DNA from: Octopus bimaculoides
Taxonomy: Eukaryota
Assembly: GCF_001194135.2 (NCBI RefSeq)
Contig: NC_068983.1
Coordinates: 37,236,010-37,283,837, forward strand
Length of the DNA stretch: 47,828 bases
Reading direction: 5' to 3'
Of this stretch, positions 11,931 to 23,901 are shown in pieces. Every line of letters begins with the position of its first letter. Position 1 is the first letter of the stretch. The notes beneath the pieces are model-generated. The model saw only the letters and a list, made by a program, of their open reading frames with translations. It ran no database searches and was not told the origin of the DNA. A program made the position numbers and the translations under genes.

Positions 11931-12747
11931 TCTCGTCCCCTTCTGGTCCCCTCGCGGTGTCTCCCTTTCTCCCTTCCGGTCAATTATCCTTCCACCACAA
12001 CAGGTTAGTAGGATAAATCTGAGAGGTCATGTTATTCTTGTTATACGTATTCATTTTACAGGCGTTGGCGCATATTGTAATATCTGCAAGATTTAGTATT
12101 GTAGAATAAGAGAACTTAACAGTGCGCTTGTTAACTATGTACCTTGTTTGAAGTGACTTCAATTCTACTCAACCCTACTTATTTTCTTACTGTTTTCCAA
12201 AAATTTGGCGGTGTGGATTCCACATATAAAAATACAGAAATTGCGGTCAGAAAAAATAATAAAGAAATAGAATCTTTTTTCTTTTTTCAGAATTTCACCC
12301 TTTTAAGAGCCGATTGCTGGCAGTAATGTTCCACTTCATTTTATGATCATAAAGCGAAAGAATACCAAATCATTCTGTTAAACACCCTTTATTTAAAAAG
12401 AGACTTTTTTGTTGTTGTCAAAAATTGATTTCGAAGCGATATAGTTTCAATAAATTACCCTTTTTCCAATGCATCTTTGATGGTTAAAAAAAAAAAAGAC
12501 ATAAAATAAAGATGACAAAATAATTTGTCAAGTTTATAAATTTCTGAGAGAGATGATTGACATTTTCAACTGAAAGTAACCTGGCAAAATTGTTCCGTTC
12601 GTTTTTAATGTCACCAAAACTAATTCTCAGCCGATATGCTTTCACATATGACTTTTATAATAAATGGGAAACAACGTGATTTAGGTTAGAGTTCTGAAAT
12701 TTCTCAGAAGTAATGCCAAGTTGGCACTTAGTCATCCGTGATTTATA

Positions 12748-12935
12748 TCTTTTATTTTTTACTTGTTTTCCAGTCATTGGCCTGCAGCCTTGCTGGAGCA
12801 TAAAATTAAAGGGTTAAGTCAAACAATTCGACCCCAGTAATTACCTTCTTGGACTATTGTACGTACTCTATTGTTCTATTTGGGCAAACCGCTAAGTTCC
12901 GGGACATAACCAAATCAACGTTGGTTATCGAGCGG
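12748..12935 (-). mobile_element. SINE family B 3' half
   Basis: ttccagtcattggcctgcagccttgctggagca...cgaccccag...aaaccgctaagtt. Confidence 0.75.
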
Positions 12936-12938
12936 TAA

Positions 12939-12977
12939 CACACACAGTAACACACACACGCACGCACGCACACGCAC

Positions 12978-13056
<79 letters not shown>
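12939..13056. repeat. Long (CA)n microsatellite
   Basis: Directly visible. Confidence 0.95.
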
Positions 13057-13060
<4 letters not shown>

Positions 13061-13074
13061 CAATTATGAGCCAA

Positions 13075-13290
13075 CGAAGGGGGTCTCTACATGGTTATTC
13101 GACCAGCTAAAAATTGCTGTCAAATAACCCATAAATTACATTTTACCGTCTTGGAAACGGAGGGTCAGAGTTCAAACAGTTTGATATTTCATACACATAA
13201 GAACGGGATGGTCACGGCTGGAATATCTTTAATCATAGGTTTGTTCTGTCAAGGCTGATCTGGAGCTAAAACAAGAAACTCAATGACATG
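13075..13290 (+). mobile_element. Interspersed repeat family D
   Basis: gggatggtcacggctggaatatctttaatcatagg...gctgatctggagctaaaacaa. Confidence 0.7.
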
Positions 13291-13486
13291 CAGAAGAAAG
13301 AACCAGACATTATTTGCTTTTACTAAAATCACTAAAGATTTGAACTTTAATAGAGAAGAAAGAGTTTCTTAATGTCGAAGGATGAATACGAGACGTCAGA
13401 TAATTTTTGTAGACCAACAAAATGTTTATTGTTATTAATATATAAACCAACCAAAGGCAGGTAAGGATATAGAACAGAAATAGTAA

Positions 13487-13720
13487 GGCGGTGAGCTGGC
13501 AGAACCGTTAGCACGCCGGGCGAAATGCTTATCGGTATTTCGTCTGCCGTTACGTTCTGAGTTCAAATTCCGCCGAGGTCGACTTTGCCTTTCATCCTTT
13601 CGGGGTCGATAAATTAAGTACCAGTAATGCACTGGGGTCTATGTAATCGACTTAATCCGTTTGTCTGTCCTTGTTTGTCACCTCTATGTTTAACCCCTTG
13701 TGGGCAATAAAGAAAAAAGA
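13487..13720 (+). mobile_element. tRNA-derived SINE family A, well preserved
   Basis: A box tggcagaaccgttag, B box gagttcaaattcc, body gaggtcgactttgcctttcatcctttcggggtcgataaattaagtaccag, and an A-rich end. Confidence 0.9.
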
Positions 13721-13974
13721 AATAGTTGTTAGAATTACTTAGATGAAAATATGTTATGAAACTTAATAGATGTACTTGAAACGGAATTAGATGAAATTAA
13801 GGCTATATTTAGCATTTATAATGTATATACAAATGCAGGACGGCGCTAGCTGTTGTATTTTCTATCAGCGAAATTACTCAAAGGATTGAAGCATTCGTCA
13901 CTGTGGAAACCAAATGAGGTCGCAACACGATCTGACGAATCGCCGATAAGCCAACTCTGTGTTTTTAATACACA

Positions 13975-14303
13975 ATGCATAGCTGCGTGGTTAAGAAGCT
14001 TGCTTTGCAACCGCGTGGTTTCGGGTTCAGTCCGCTGTGTGGCACCTTGGGTTAGTGTCTTCTTTGGTTTTTCTCAAGTCAGTGTAATTGGTAGATTGAG
14101 ACAATGTTTGTCCCTCACCCACACCGCTTGACGACCGGTGTTAGTTTGTTTACGTCTCTGTAACTTAGTGGTCCGTCCAAAGAGACTGATAGAACAAGTA
14201 CCAGTCTTTAGAATAAGTATTGGAGTCGATTTGTTCTCCCAAACCCTTCAAAGCGGTTCCCCAGCAGAGCCACAGTTCAATCACTGTACAGGAGAAAAGA
14301 AAA
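13975..14303 (+). mobile_element. SINE family B
   Basis: gctgcgtggttaagaagcttgc...gggttcagtccgctgtgtggcaccttggg...gacgaccggtgttagtttgtttacgtc. Confidence 0.85.
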
Positions 14304-15382
14304 GTCTCTGAGAAGTTTCTTTGAGACGAAATATTCCAGGCAGTGCCGTTCTACGTTTGTAGATGTGTGTGTGTGTGTGCGCGCGCGCGAGCGCACGTGT
14401 TATGAACGAATAAAGAATATTTGTTACTGTCTCTGTGTGTGGGAGAGAGAGTGAGTGAAGGCGAGTGAGAATGTGAGAAAAGTGTCTTTAAATCACATTG
14501 CAATCAGGCATAAAGATTTGTGGCAGCTAAGGCGATCTCAGATTGGATCCTGGACTATTTATTAAGCTTGAAAGGACAGGAAGAATCTCGATGCTGCAAG
14601 GAAAGTAGTCATTTTTCGCTGAAAAAAACAAAAACAAAACAAAAGAACGGCATTCCCCACTACTTCCGAGTGCAATGTCAACGGGATTCTTCAATTAGTG
14701 AGAATCCAACACTTATGACACGTATAATAGACATGTAACGGATGGGTCAACTCTTGCCGACTCTTCTATCATCTTTTTGTGTACAACAGCATGTGAATCA
14801 CTGATTGGTCAGAAATAGTGTCAAGGCTTAACGTTTGTACGTGACAGAGAACATTTAAGCAATGGTGTGGTGAGCTGTCCACTACAGACTTATTTCCCGT
14901 TACAATCAATGGTTTCTGTTCAAACTTTCGTAACAGGGTCACGTATATACTGCTTTCTTAATACAATCTCCTAAAAAAATATCGATATCTCAAGCCACTC
15001 CATACAAGTTATTGGTGTCATCTGTTTTCTACTAATATTTCACTAAGTTGCCTCTGATCTACATATTCATCTATGAAATTCTGTTTCCTCACAACTATTC
15101 TCCAGTATCTTTTATGTAAATTATTGATTTCACTCTTAAGAGACTTGGCACTGATATTTCTAGTTTCCAATTAACTTCGTAATAAAAATTTTACACCTTG
15201 TAGAATGAGTTTGCTGTTATTTTTCCAGTTCATTCTTCTCTAAACCATTTACTTCACGAAATCTAATTATTACACTGGCTTTCGATTTTTTTTTTAAATC
15301 TTACTAACCAAAATAATTATTAAATGGACAAACTAAGAAGTTTTGCTGGGCATGGCCGAAGCGTATTATATTAATTCTTTCA

Positions 15383-15590
15383 GGCGATGGGCTGGCAGAA
15401 TCGTTACTGCCCCAGACAAAATGCTTAACGGCATTTCTTTCGATTTTACCTTCTGAGTCCAAATTACGCCGAGGTTGGCATTGCCTTTCATCCTTTCGGA
15501 GTCGATGAAATAAGTACCAGTTGAACACAAGGGTTGATGTAATTGACAAGAGCCCTCTCACAAAATTTCAGAGTCTGTGCCTAGAGTACA
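15383..15590 (+). mobile_element. SINE family A
   Basis: ggcgatgggctggcagaatcgttac...gagtccaaattacgccgagg...taagtaccagttg. Confidence 0.85.
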
Positions 15591-15611
15591 AAAGATTAAA
15601 CTTTTTACATA

Positions 15612-15962
15612 GGTGCAGGAGTGGCTGTGTTGTAAGTAGCTTGCTTACCAACCACACGGTTCCGGGTTCAGTCCCACTGCGTGGCACCTTGGGCAAGTGT
15701 CTTCTACTATAGCCTCGGGCCGACAAAGCCTTGTGAGTGGATTTGGTATGTATATGTGTATTTGTGTGCCTGTGTTTGTCCCCCCAACATCGCTTGACAA
15801 CCGATGCTGGTGTGTTTACGTCCCCGTAACTTAGCGGTTCGGCAAAAGACACCGATTGAATAAGTACTAGGCTTCCAAAGAATAAGTCCTGGGGTCGATT
15901 TTCTCGACTAAAGGCGGTGCTCCAGCATGGCCGCAGTCAAATGACTGAAACAAGTAAAAGAG
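15612..15962 (+). mobile_element. SINE family B, best-preserved copy (CORE-like central domain)
   Basis: tRNA-like head (tggctgtgttgtaag...ggttcagtccc). gtggcaccttgggcaagtgtctt resembles the CORE motif ccttgggcaagt. Tail atgactgaaacaagtaaaagag. Confidence 0.9.
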
Positions 15963-16679
15963 AGAGTATAGCAAACATTGAAAGCCACTCTAATGCAGTA
16001 CGAAGTAATTGAAAGTACGTTGTGACTATACTGAGCGACTGCTGCAGCTGTAGATGTGGTTTAGTCCCAGGTCAACATGGAGACTGTCGAGCAATGGTCC
16101 TCAGCCATTTCGTAGCTCAGTTCTCTGTTTCACTTTCACAGAATGGCGTTTTATAAATGCCTGTTTCTCATAATTTACCCATCCTCAAGTTATTTTCATG
16201 AAGTAACAGCTTATTTTGCCCCGTAGTTTATTACCTATGTTCTTATTAGTATCCCTATGTATGTGCCTCTTTTTCGATATTTGCGTGGATTAGTGTGTTT
16301 ATATTAAATTTTTATGGAAATAAACTGAAGAAGGTGAGGACTTGTATAATTGTTTCTGGTTTTAGTACAAGCCCAGCAATTTTAACTTTCTTGGGACACC
16401 CAGGCTGATTGACCGGCCCAAGTGATACAAGCTGAAAACATTTTGAGGCCGATCCACCGGCCTGATGAAACAAACGTTTTGAAGTGTAATAGCCAATCAC
16501 AGATCGTCTTTCTGTAAATATAAAATAAAACTATAGAATATATATAGTTTTAGATATTAATAAAGTAGATTTAGGCACTTAATCCTTTCTTTTCGACATG
16601 CACCCATCATTTTCAATCCCAAGAGAAGAAACTTTTTGGTCTTTTTGGCTACACATACCAAAACATCGTATGTCTCAAA

Positions 16680-16796
16680 AGGGTACTTTATTTTATCGAT
16701 CTCCAAAAAAACTGAAAAGTAAAGTTGATCTCGTCGGGATTTGGACTCAGAATGTAAAGAGCCGACACACTAACGATTCTGCCAGCTCGTCACCAC
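16680..16796 (-). mobile_element. SINE family A 5' part
   Basis: ggactcagaatgtaaag...ctaacgattctgccagctcgtcacc. Confidence 0.8.
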
Positions 16797-17083
16797 GAAG
16801 TTTTATATAATGATATATTTGACCTAGGCACATCAGCAGTCACGTTGCAGCACACTGACAACATAATGGCCAACTCATATTCTAATCCCGACAATTATAA
16901 GTACCAGATTTAACTTTTTTGGCAATCTTTTGGTATTCGTTCATGACGATACTTAGTTTTGTCCACGTGTTCGACAATTTACGAGGAAAATTCTTTTACT
17001 TTCTTTTTTCCATGTGATGGTGGAGCCGACACTATCTTTGATGTACACGAAAGAACTGAACACACACATACACGCGCGCGCAT

Positions 17084-17131
<48 letters not shown>

Positions 17132-17349
17132 CTAAATACACATTAAAAAAACTTAAAGAACTTTAAAATTTCCTCTGTAGATTGCCAAACACAGCTAGAA
17201 CTAAAATGACATCATGTACGAATACCGAAAAATTGCTATATGTTTACACCCGCTAATTCAGCGCTCACATAGTGCCCTTTATCAAGATCACCATGTCCCC
17301 GCCCCACACGTAAACTCTGCCAACCAGGTTAAGAACCACTTCTGTAGGG

Positions 17350-17450
17350 TGAGGAGTCAAGGAAGATTTAGTTGCTATTTCTAGTAAGTCGAGCGATAAC
17401 GTAGAGGTTCCTTCATTTGGCTGGTGATAGATTAATTTGTACTCGATTGA
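17350..17450 (-). mobile_element. Family D fragment
   Basis: gatttagttgctatttctagtaagtcgagcgataacgtagaggttcc. Confidence 0.6.
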
Positions 17451-18434
17451 ACGAAAGAGACTGCATGGCACCTCGCCTCATCATACAGTTAAACGTTCCT
17501 CAAATCACATCCTCTACTACCTTAAAAAGGTATACATGTTCACAGCTGCTATATCTTTGATTGTGTAAGTCTGGATTACATCAACTCGTTTGTATTCTAC
17601 GTTTGCCAAGTTCACAAAACTTTTTCATTTGACTAACACGAGAATGCTGACAGTTTGTGTTTATATTAACGAGGTAATAATTAAATTTTAAAAAGCAGGT
17701 CGTCAGAAAATAGATTAGCAGAGCAAGAAAGGATGTTGACAGCATTGCCTTGTACAATAGCCAGGGAGGTTCACGGAATCATTTTCCTTTCAGCCGTCTC
17801 TTGGTGTCACTAACATTTTTGTAATAGGTCCGTACACAACAGTAGTTTCAAAATGCTGTGCTTGAAAAAAAAAGTCTTATAAATTCTCACATGAGGGTAA
17901 ATCTGGAATTACAAAACATCAATAACTATTTGAACGTTGCAATACTTTAAAAATTTAATATATTTTAGTATTTCCATACTTCAGTTTGAAAATACCATTT
18001 TCTCTTCAGACATTTCTGGAATTTCCCACAATTGTCACCAGAACTTTTTCAGTTTTCACAACAGAACACTTTTTGACAAAAATATATCTTTGAAGGCCTT
18101 TGCAGTTTATAATTTAAATTTACATTTGTCTGAAGAAATATAGAACAGTCATAGATACGAATTCGTAGATAAGAATTTCTAGCATGATAGACAGGCTTTA
18201 AGTTAAAAATGTTAGTAATCATTGGCTAAAACGGCGTCAATTAAAATGAAAAATAATTAGTAACTAGCAAAAGTAGCTTGAATGACCCAAACGAATAAGT
18301 CTACATCTTGTAATATATGTTTAATTTTTGTCGAGATAGACGTATATCTCCATTCATAAATGTTTCTCCTGAAAACTTCAAAAACTTTTCGAGATAAGTT
18401 ACTTGTTAAAAAAAATTATTTTTTCAGCAATACT

Positions 18435-19275
18435 TAACTTTGATAACTTTGATAGAATTCGGCCAGTATAGGTCCAGGTCATGTCTAACTTAATAGCACC
18501 ACCTGGTAAAGTCATTCAAATCAGGAATTGGACAACGTGGCCCACTCAAGTAGAGAGTTATTGTTTACGGAAACATATCCGGGTGTGGGAGGTTGGTCCG
18601 GGATTTTTTGAAGAAATTTGTCCAGTGAACTTTTGAATTTTATGGGATCCGTTTCCGTTTTGACGTATTTTGGTATGATATTAAAGAGAGCTGGACCGGT
18701 TGAGGTTAAGTAATTGTGGCGTAATGTTGTTACGTGTCCTGAGTGGACGGATAGCACGAGGGCCAAGTCTTGGATGGATTTTAAAATTGATGCCAACATC
18801 ATTTGTGAAATATTGATGGAATATTTTCCACATTACACAAATGATGTGGCGCTCCCGATAGTGTTGGAGAGAGTAGAGATTGAGTTTCTTTAGTCGACCC
18901 CAATAGTCAATGCCTCTCATGCTGTCTATCTTTCTTGTCATTGACCTCGAGAGTGCTTCCGCTTTCATAATGAGTTGCTTCGTGTGGGAAGATCACAGTA
19001 GGCAGCAGTATTCAAGGTGGGGTCGGGCAAAAATAGAGTAGAGAAGGATGATGATGTGGGCATCTCTAGACTGGAAAGTTCTCAAAAATCAGAAGCACAT
19101 CTTGCGGTCCAAGTCAACCTTGCTGTTTACGTGGGAACTCCAGCTTAGATTGTTATCAACAATTACTCCAAGGTTTTTGGTGTTGTTTGGATGACACTAG
19201 GGAGTAGCCCGAGAGAAGGGCATATGGTAGTTTCAGGGTATCCTCTTTTCCAAAGTGGATCAAATTAAACTTATC
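18435..19275 (-). mobile_element. CR1-group LINE 3' fragment (RT C-terminus, 3' UTR, short tandem tail), pseudogenised
   Basis: LGVIVDNNLSWSSHV...FLRTFQSRD..IILLYSIFARPHLEYCCLL*S...MTRKID.MRGIDYWGRLKKLNLYSLQ..RER...FKSSLDKFLQKIPDQP...GY....NSLLEW. Tail (tatcaaagt)n. Confidence 0.9.
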
Positions 19276-20500
19276 CTCATTTAATTACAACCTTGTCTAT
19301 AATAGCTTATTTTAAAGTATTTACTTATTCGTTACGATCATTCAAAGATAGCCAAGCAATTTATTATATATTCCCCCTTAATGTTGCTTTCATTTTAATT
19401 GACGCTCCTTTATCAAAGATTACCAAAATATCTAACCTGAATGTTCTATTCCATTAAGAGTAACAACTTTATGCAGTTTGTAACTAACGAAAGTGTTGCT
19501 TCAAACCATTTTGATACTAACCTAGAAACTTAAAACTTAATCCACAAGCAGCTGTGTGATAAGCGAAAACTATTTCATTTGTAGCAGCAGCAGCTTGGTC
19601 TTAAGAACCTTATCATAATCATAGGGCTCAATGTTTTGGAAAATGTTTGCAACAGATTACAAAAATGTTGCTTTTAGAAATATTTTATGTGTTTTAGTTG
19701 GCAGTATCACAACGTCCGCCACGGTTCGCTAAAATTGTTGATCTACATTAACTATATTTATCATTGCATCAAAATAAAATAGCAAAATGCGAACAAACTA
19801 TTGATGGTCTACATTGGTAAATAGTAAATACATATACAAAATGTTCATAAAATGGAATTGGTATGCCGTGAGGAAAAGAAGACTGGCGTTTCGGTGAGGA
19901 CTCAGCCTTGTTCGAAATGCTATATTCAGCTTCCTCAAAGCATATTAACTTATTCTATTTTGAGAACTTTTGTTATCGGTATGTGCTTGGCTTTGAGATA
20001 TTTCAAGATGAAGACGTGGTGAATCTTGCAGGCATGAAGTGGGTTCGATCCACCATAGCCAAATTTCAAGTAACAGTTCAACAGAACTTTTCTCATGGTG
20101 GAACAATAGTTTTTTTGTGATAGTTTACATTTTCTAGATGCCTTAGCTAGGTCGAAATAATGTCTTCGCCACTTGACCCTTCTAACCTCTTCTATTCCAC
20201 CAAAAGCTAGAATTAAGGTAACGAAATCTATTGTTCTCAGCGATATGTCTATCCTTCTGGATAGTTATAAAAACAAGAACCCCAAGTAAAAATCAGTTAG
20301 TCACTTGGTGACAACTCAGTCAGTGACAACTCGAGTGAATGGACAATTAGTCATGGCCACAAGCAGGCAACCAAACGGCCATAAACTAAACGGGATGAAA
20401 CAGAGCCTCAGTGATTTATGAAAATTTAAGGGCAGATAACAAAGTGAAAATATCCCCTCAATGATATAATTTCTGGCTGTACTGAAAAGAATCGACGAAA

Positions 20501-20640
20501 GAGGCGTGACTGTGTGGTAAGAAGCTGTGGTTCAGTCCCACTGCGTGGCACCTTGGGCAAGTGTCTTCTAATATAGCCTCAGGCCAACCAAAGCCTTTGT
20601 GAATGGATTTGGTAGACAGAAACTGAAAGAAGCCTGTCGC
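20501..20640 (+). mobile_element. SINE family B 5' half
   Basis: cagtcccactgcgtggcaccttgggcaagtgtcttc...gaaactgaaagaagcc. Confidence 0.9.
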
Positions 20641-21096
20641 CATCCTGGACCACTGAAATCTACAAGTTTTTTTTCATTCTCTCTCTGTTTATTTTTTCTT
20701 GCATATTCGTTTACTTCATGTTGTTTTACACTTATTATACTATTTTTTTTTCATTTTTGTGACCGGATGTTAACGTTGAGTTTTCGGGTCCTGTGTCGTT
20801 CATCGTGTGTTTTTTTTTTTTTTTGCATATTCTGTTACTACATGCTGTTTTACACCTATTACACCATTTGTTTTGTTTACAGGTATCGCGAATATATACC
20901 TGTGTTAAAACCGAACTAGGTCACTGAAATTAGAACTCAATGGGCTTCTATATTAAACCCTGTTCATCTGAGATGACGGCGAATATGAGAGGTTCAGCAA
21001 ATAAATTTTAAGTGCACAACGTGATGACAATCCAAACGAACGTGAAGATTAGAACTTCGATCTATGGTTACGAATCCGTTGTGTAGCTCCTACACG

Positions 21097-21153
<57 letters not shown>

Positions 21154-21244
21154 GGTTACACGGAGTCTCATCTAAAGTCAATGTCATGGATAATCTTTTC
21201 TCGCAGTCTTTGCAAAAGTTTACTTGGCGTCCATTTATCAAATG

Positions 21245-22957
21245 TGTAGTGAACCCTAGTGAAGTTCCTCTCTCTAATATATATAAAGACCTACGAACGT
21301 AGAAGATAACAGCTAACCTTTGAGTGCTGTTTTGGACCAAGGTATTGGCGCAATTTGTCTCTTACTCTATCGTGCGCCAATATGCAACCCAACCAATCGC
21401 AGCCTTCAAATAAGTCACGTGAGACAGTCTGTTCCAAACAAGCATTTGAGCCTACCTTCAGCTATAAAAGCTCACCTCTTTCTAGTCTCAACGTCTGTTG
21501 GTTCCCGACCTTCTAAGGGTCTAACCACTGACCACATTGCAGCGATCTCCATCTTCGTTGCCACCATGATGTCTCTCACCAACGTCGTCAACAAGATCTA
21601 CACAGCACCAACACACTGCACTGGTTCTAACTGGTTCGTGAACTTTCCTCACCAGGGTTAACAGCTAACATACAACCCACGCAGATGCATGTAGATATAT
21701 GAATAAATGTCCATCAAACACTTCCATTCAGCTTGTGTATATATATGTAAGGGACGACCGTGCGAACTCAAAAAGGAGAAATGGTGACGAATGGAAAAAC
21801 AGAGGACTCCTTTTATTTAAACGTGTCACACGGTCGAACATACAAATATATATCAAAGATGATATACATGATATATTATGCGACGATAACATAGATGACC
21901 AGTAATGAAAGACCACAACCGTATAAGATGAATAACAGAGATATTTATTGTGGCGTTAAAGATGTATGTCTGTGTGAGAGTGTGAATGCGACATATAATA
22001 ACATAATCAAAGACAGGCCGTCATACAAAGAAAAGTGTGTATGTGAGTGATACATNNNNNNNNNNNNNNNNNNNNNNNNNNNNNNNNNNNNNNNNNNNNN
22101 NNNNNNNNNNNNNNNNNNNNNNNNNNNNNNNNNNNNNNNNNNNNNNNNNNNNNNNNNNNNNNNNNNNNNNNNNNNNNNNNNNNNNNNNNNNNNNNNNNNN
22201 NNNNNNNNNNNNNNNNNNNNNNNNNNNNNNNNNNNNNNNNNNNNNNNNNNNNNNNNNNNNNNNNNNNNNNNNNNNNNNNNNNNNNNNNNNNNNNNNNNNN
22301 NNNNNNNNNNNNNNNNNNNNNNNNNNNNNNNNNNNNNNNNNNNNNNNNNNNNNNNNNNNNNNNNNNNNNNNNNNNNNNNNNNNNNNNNNNNNNNNNNNNN
22401 NNNNNNNNNNNNNNNNNNNNNNNNNNNNNNNNNNNNNNNNNNNNNNNNNNNNNNNNNNNNNNNNNNNNNNNNNNNNNNNNNNNNNNNNNNNNNNNNNNNN
22501 NNNNNNNNNNNNNNNNNNNNNNNNNNNNNNNNNNNNNNNNNNNNNNNNNNNNNNNNAACGGTTCTCAAAGAGAAACTGGACCGAGACAAATTTGGCCGCC
22601 GAGTTAAAGCTATTTATAACAAACTATTGGCTCACCAGATGGTAGAAATATACTCTATCACGTGACCTTATTAGGGGCCGTGATTGGTCAGTTTGCGTTC
22701 TGGCGGGAACGGTTCGAAGAAGTTGCCGATTCGAATAATGATCAGTCACGTGATGACAAGGAATGGGTTCTCTACTACGCTCGCATTTATTTATATTTAA
22801 ATGAGAAGATTGTATGTAATGGCGATAGTAGTTTGTATCTAATGGCGGGAGGTAGTTTCACTACATATATATACGTGTGACCACAATAAACGTATTTAAA
22901 GTTATCAATCTTGGTTATATGTTCTTCATACCGGGTTTACTACCAAATAATATTACA
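21245..22957 (+). mobile_element. Solo LTR 1 (about 590 bp when rejoined), split by solo LTR 2
   Basis: TGTAG...TTACA termini; CCAAT 21393, CACGTG 21416, TATAAAA 21463, and AATAAA in the distal piece. Clear homology to the reverse complement of 24330-24838. No TSD found (aatg versus gcct). Confidence 0.7.
21746..22865 (-). mobile_element. Solo LTR 2, nested in LTR 1 and containing a 501-N gap
   Basis: TGT...ACA ends flanked by TATA on both sides (4-bp TSD, but in a TA run). Both ends are homologous to 23902-24838. TATAAAT and AATAAA lie on the minus strand. Confidence 0.75.
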
Positions 22958-23039
22958 GCCTTCTGAGCGGAGTCACATTAGATGGAATACCACCGAGCCA
23001 TCTAAAAATGCACTTAACATTCCTAACAATAAAATAAGC

Positions 23040-23122
23040 ACTAGTTGAGCACTGGGGTCGACGTAATCGTCTAACCCCTACCCCTAAACTTGCGGACCTT
23101 GTGTCAAAATTTGAAGCCACTA
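23040..23122 (+). mobile_element. SINE family A tail fragment
   Basis: gagcactggggtcgacgtaatcg...ccttgtgtcaaaatttgaa. Confidence 0.6.
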
Positions 23123-23901
23123 TTATATATATTCATGAACTAAAAATAAATGAAATCGATCGTATTTTACACCAAATCGGATTTCACGATTATCATTTTC
23201 TTACACCTGTACCTTTGTGTTTATTGTTCATAATGAACGATAATAAACGATTATGAATTTCTTCTGCTTTGATTAATGGCTCTTTCAGTTCGTGGTCTAC
23301 TATTACATGTTCATAAATCGGAAGCTTTTCAGCAAACGAAAGTGAATAACTGATTTTTTTCCCGGCAAATTCCAGATGATTCATTTGTAGAAAATTTTTG
23401 TTAGAATGCAATGATTTATTTGTGAAACTTTGTTGCTATACAAAAACTATAAGAAAATGATGACCAAACGGGTAAACCAATAGATGAATGCCGTTTGTGA
23501 ACAAGATACCAGCGGAATTCTCGTAGATAGGCTGAGAATAGATTGTAGGAATTTCCCTGCGTCGCTCAAAGTTTATCTTTCACATTGCTATCTCTTCTCT
23601 GACATTTGTATGCAAAGCTTCATCTTTGGTATCTACTAAATGAAGATTGGTTAACGGCTGACAATAAAGGGAAAGAAATAAAACCTTTAAAAACTGATAA
23701 ACGCCAAATAAAAATCAGCCACGAAATACAACTTATCTTTTAATTAATATTATTGCTGGTAATTTACTTCTTCAAGCTCCCCCGCAGGGCCAGGACAAAC
23801 AGACTAACTGGTTCTGAGGATAGGGATGAAGAACAGAAACTTTCTCAGCTTAATGATGTTGACAGTTTTTCATTTAACCTTCAACTTTCGCAGAATAGAA
23901 C

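Noticed and set aside
19878-19915. Hammerhead-like gaaacgcc motif on minus (also cgaaacatc at about 11815 and CTGATGAG at 43920)
   Set aside because: Each lacks half of the catalytic core (no CUGANGA, or no GAAA after a stem II).
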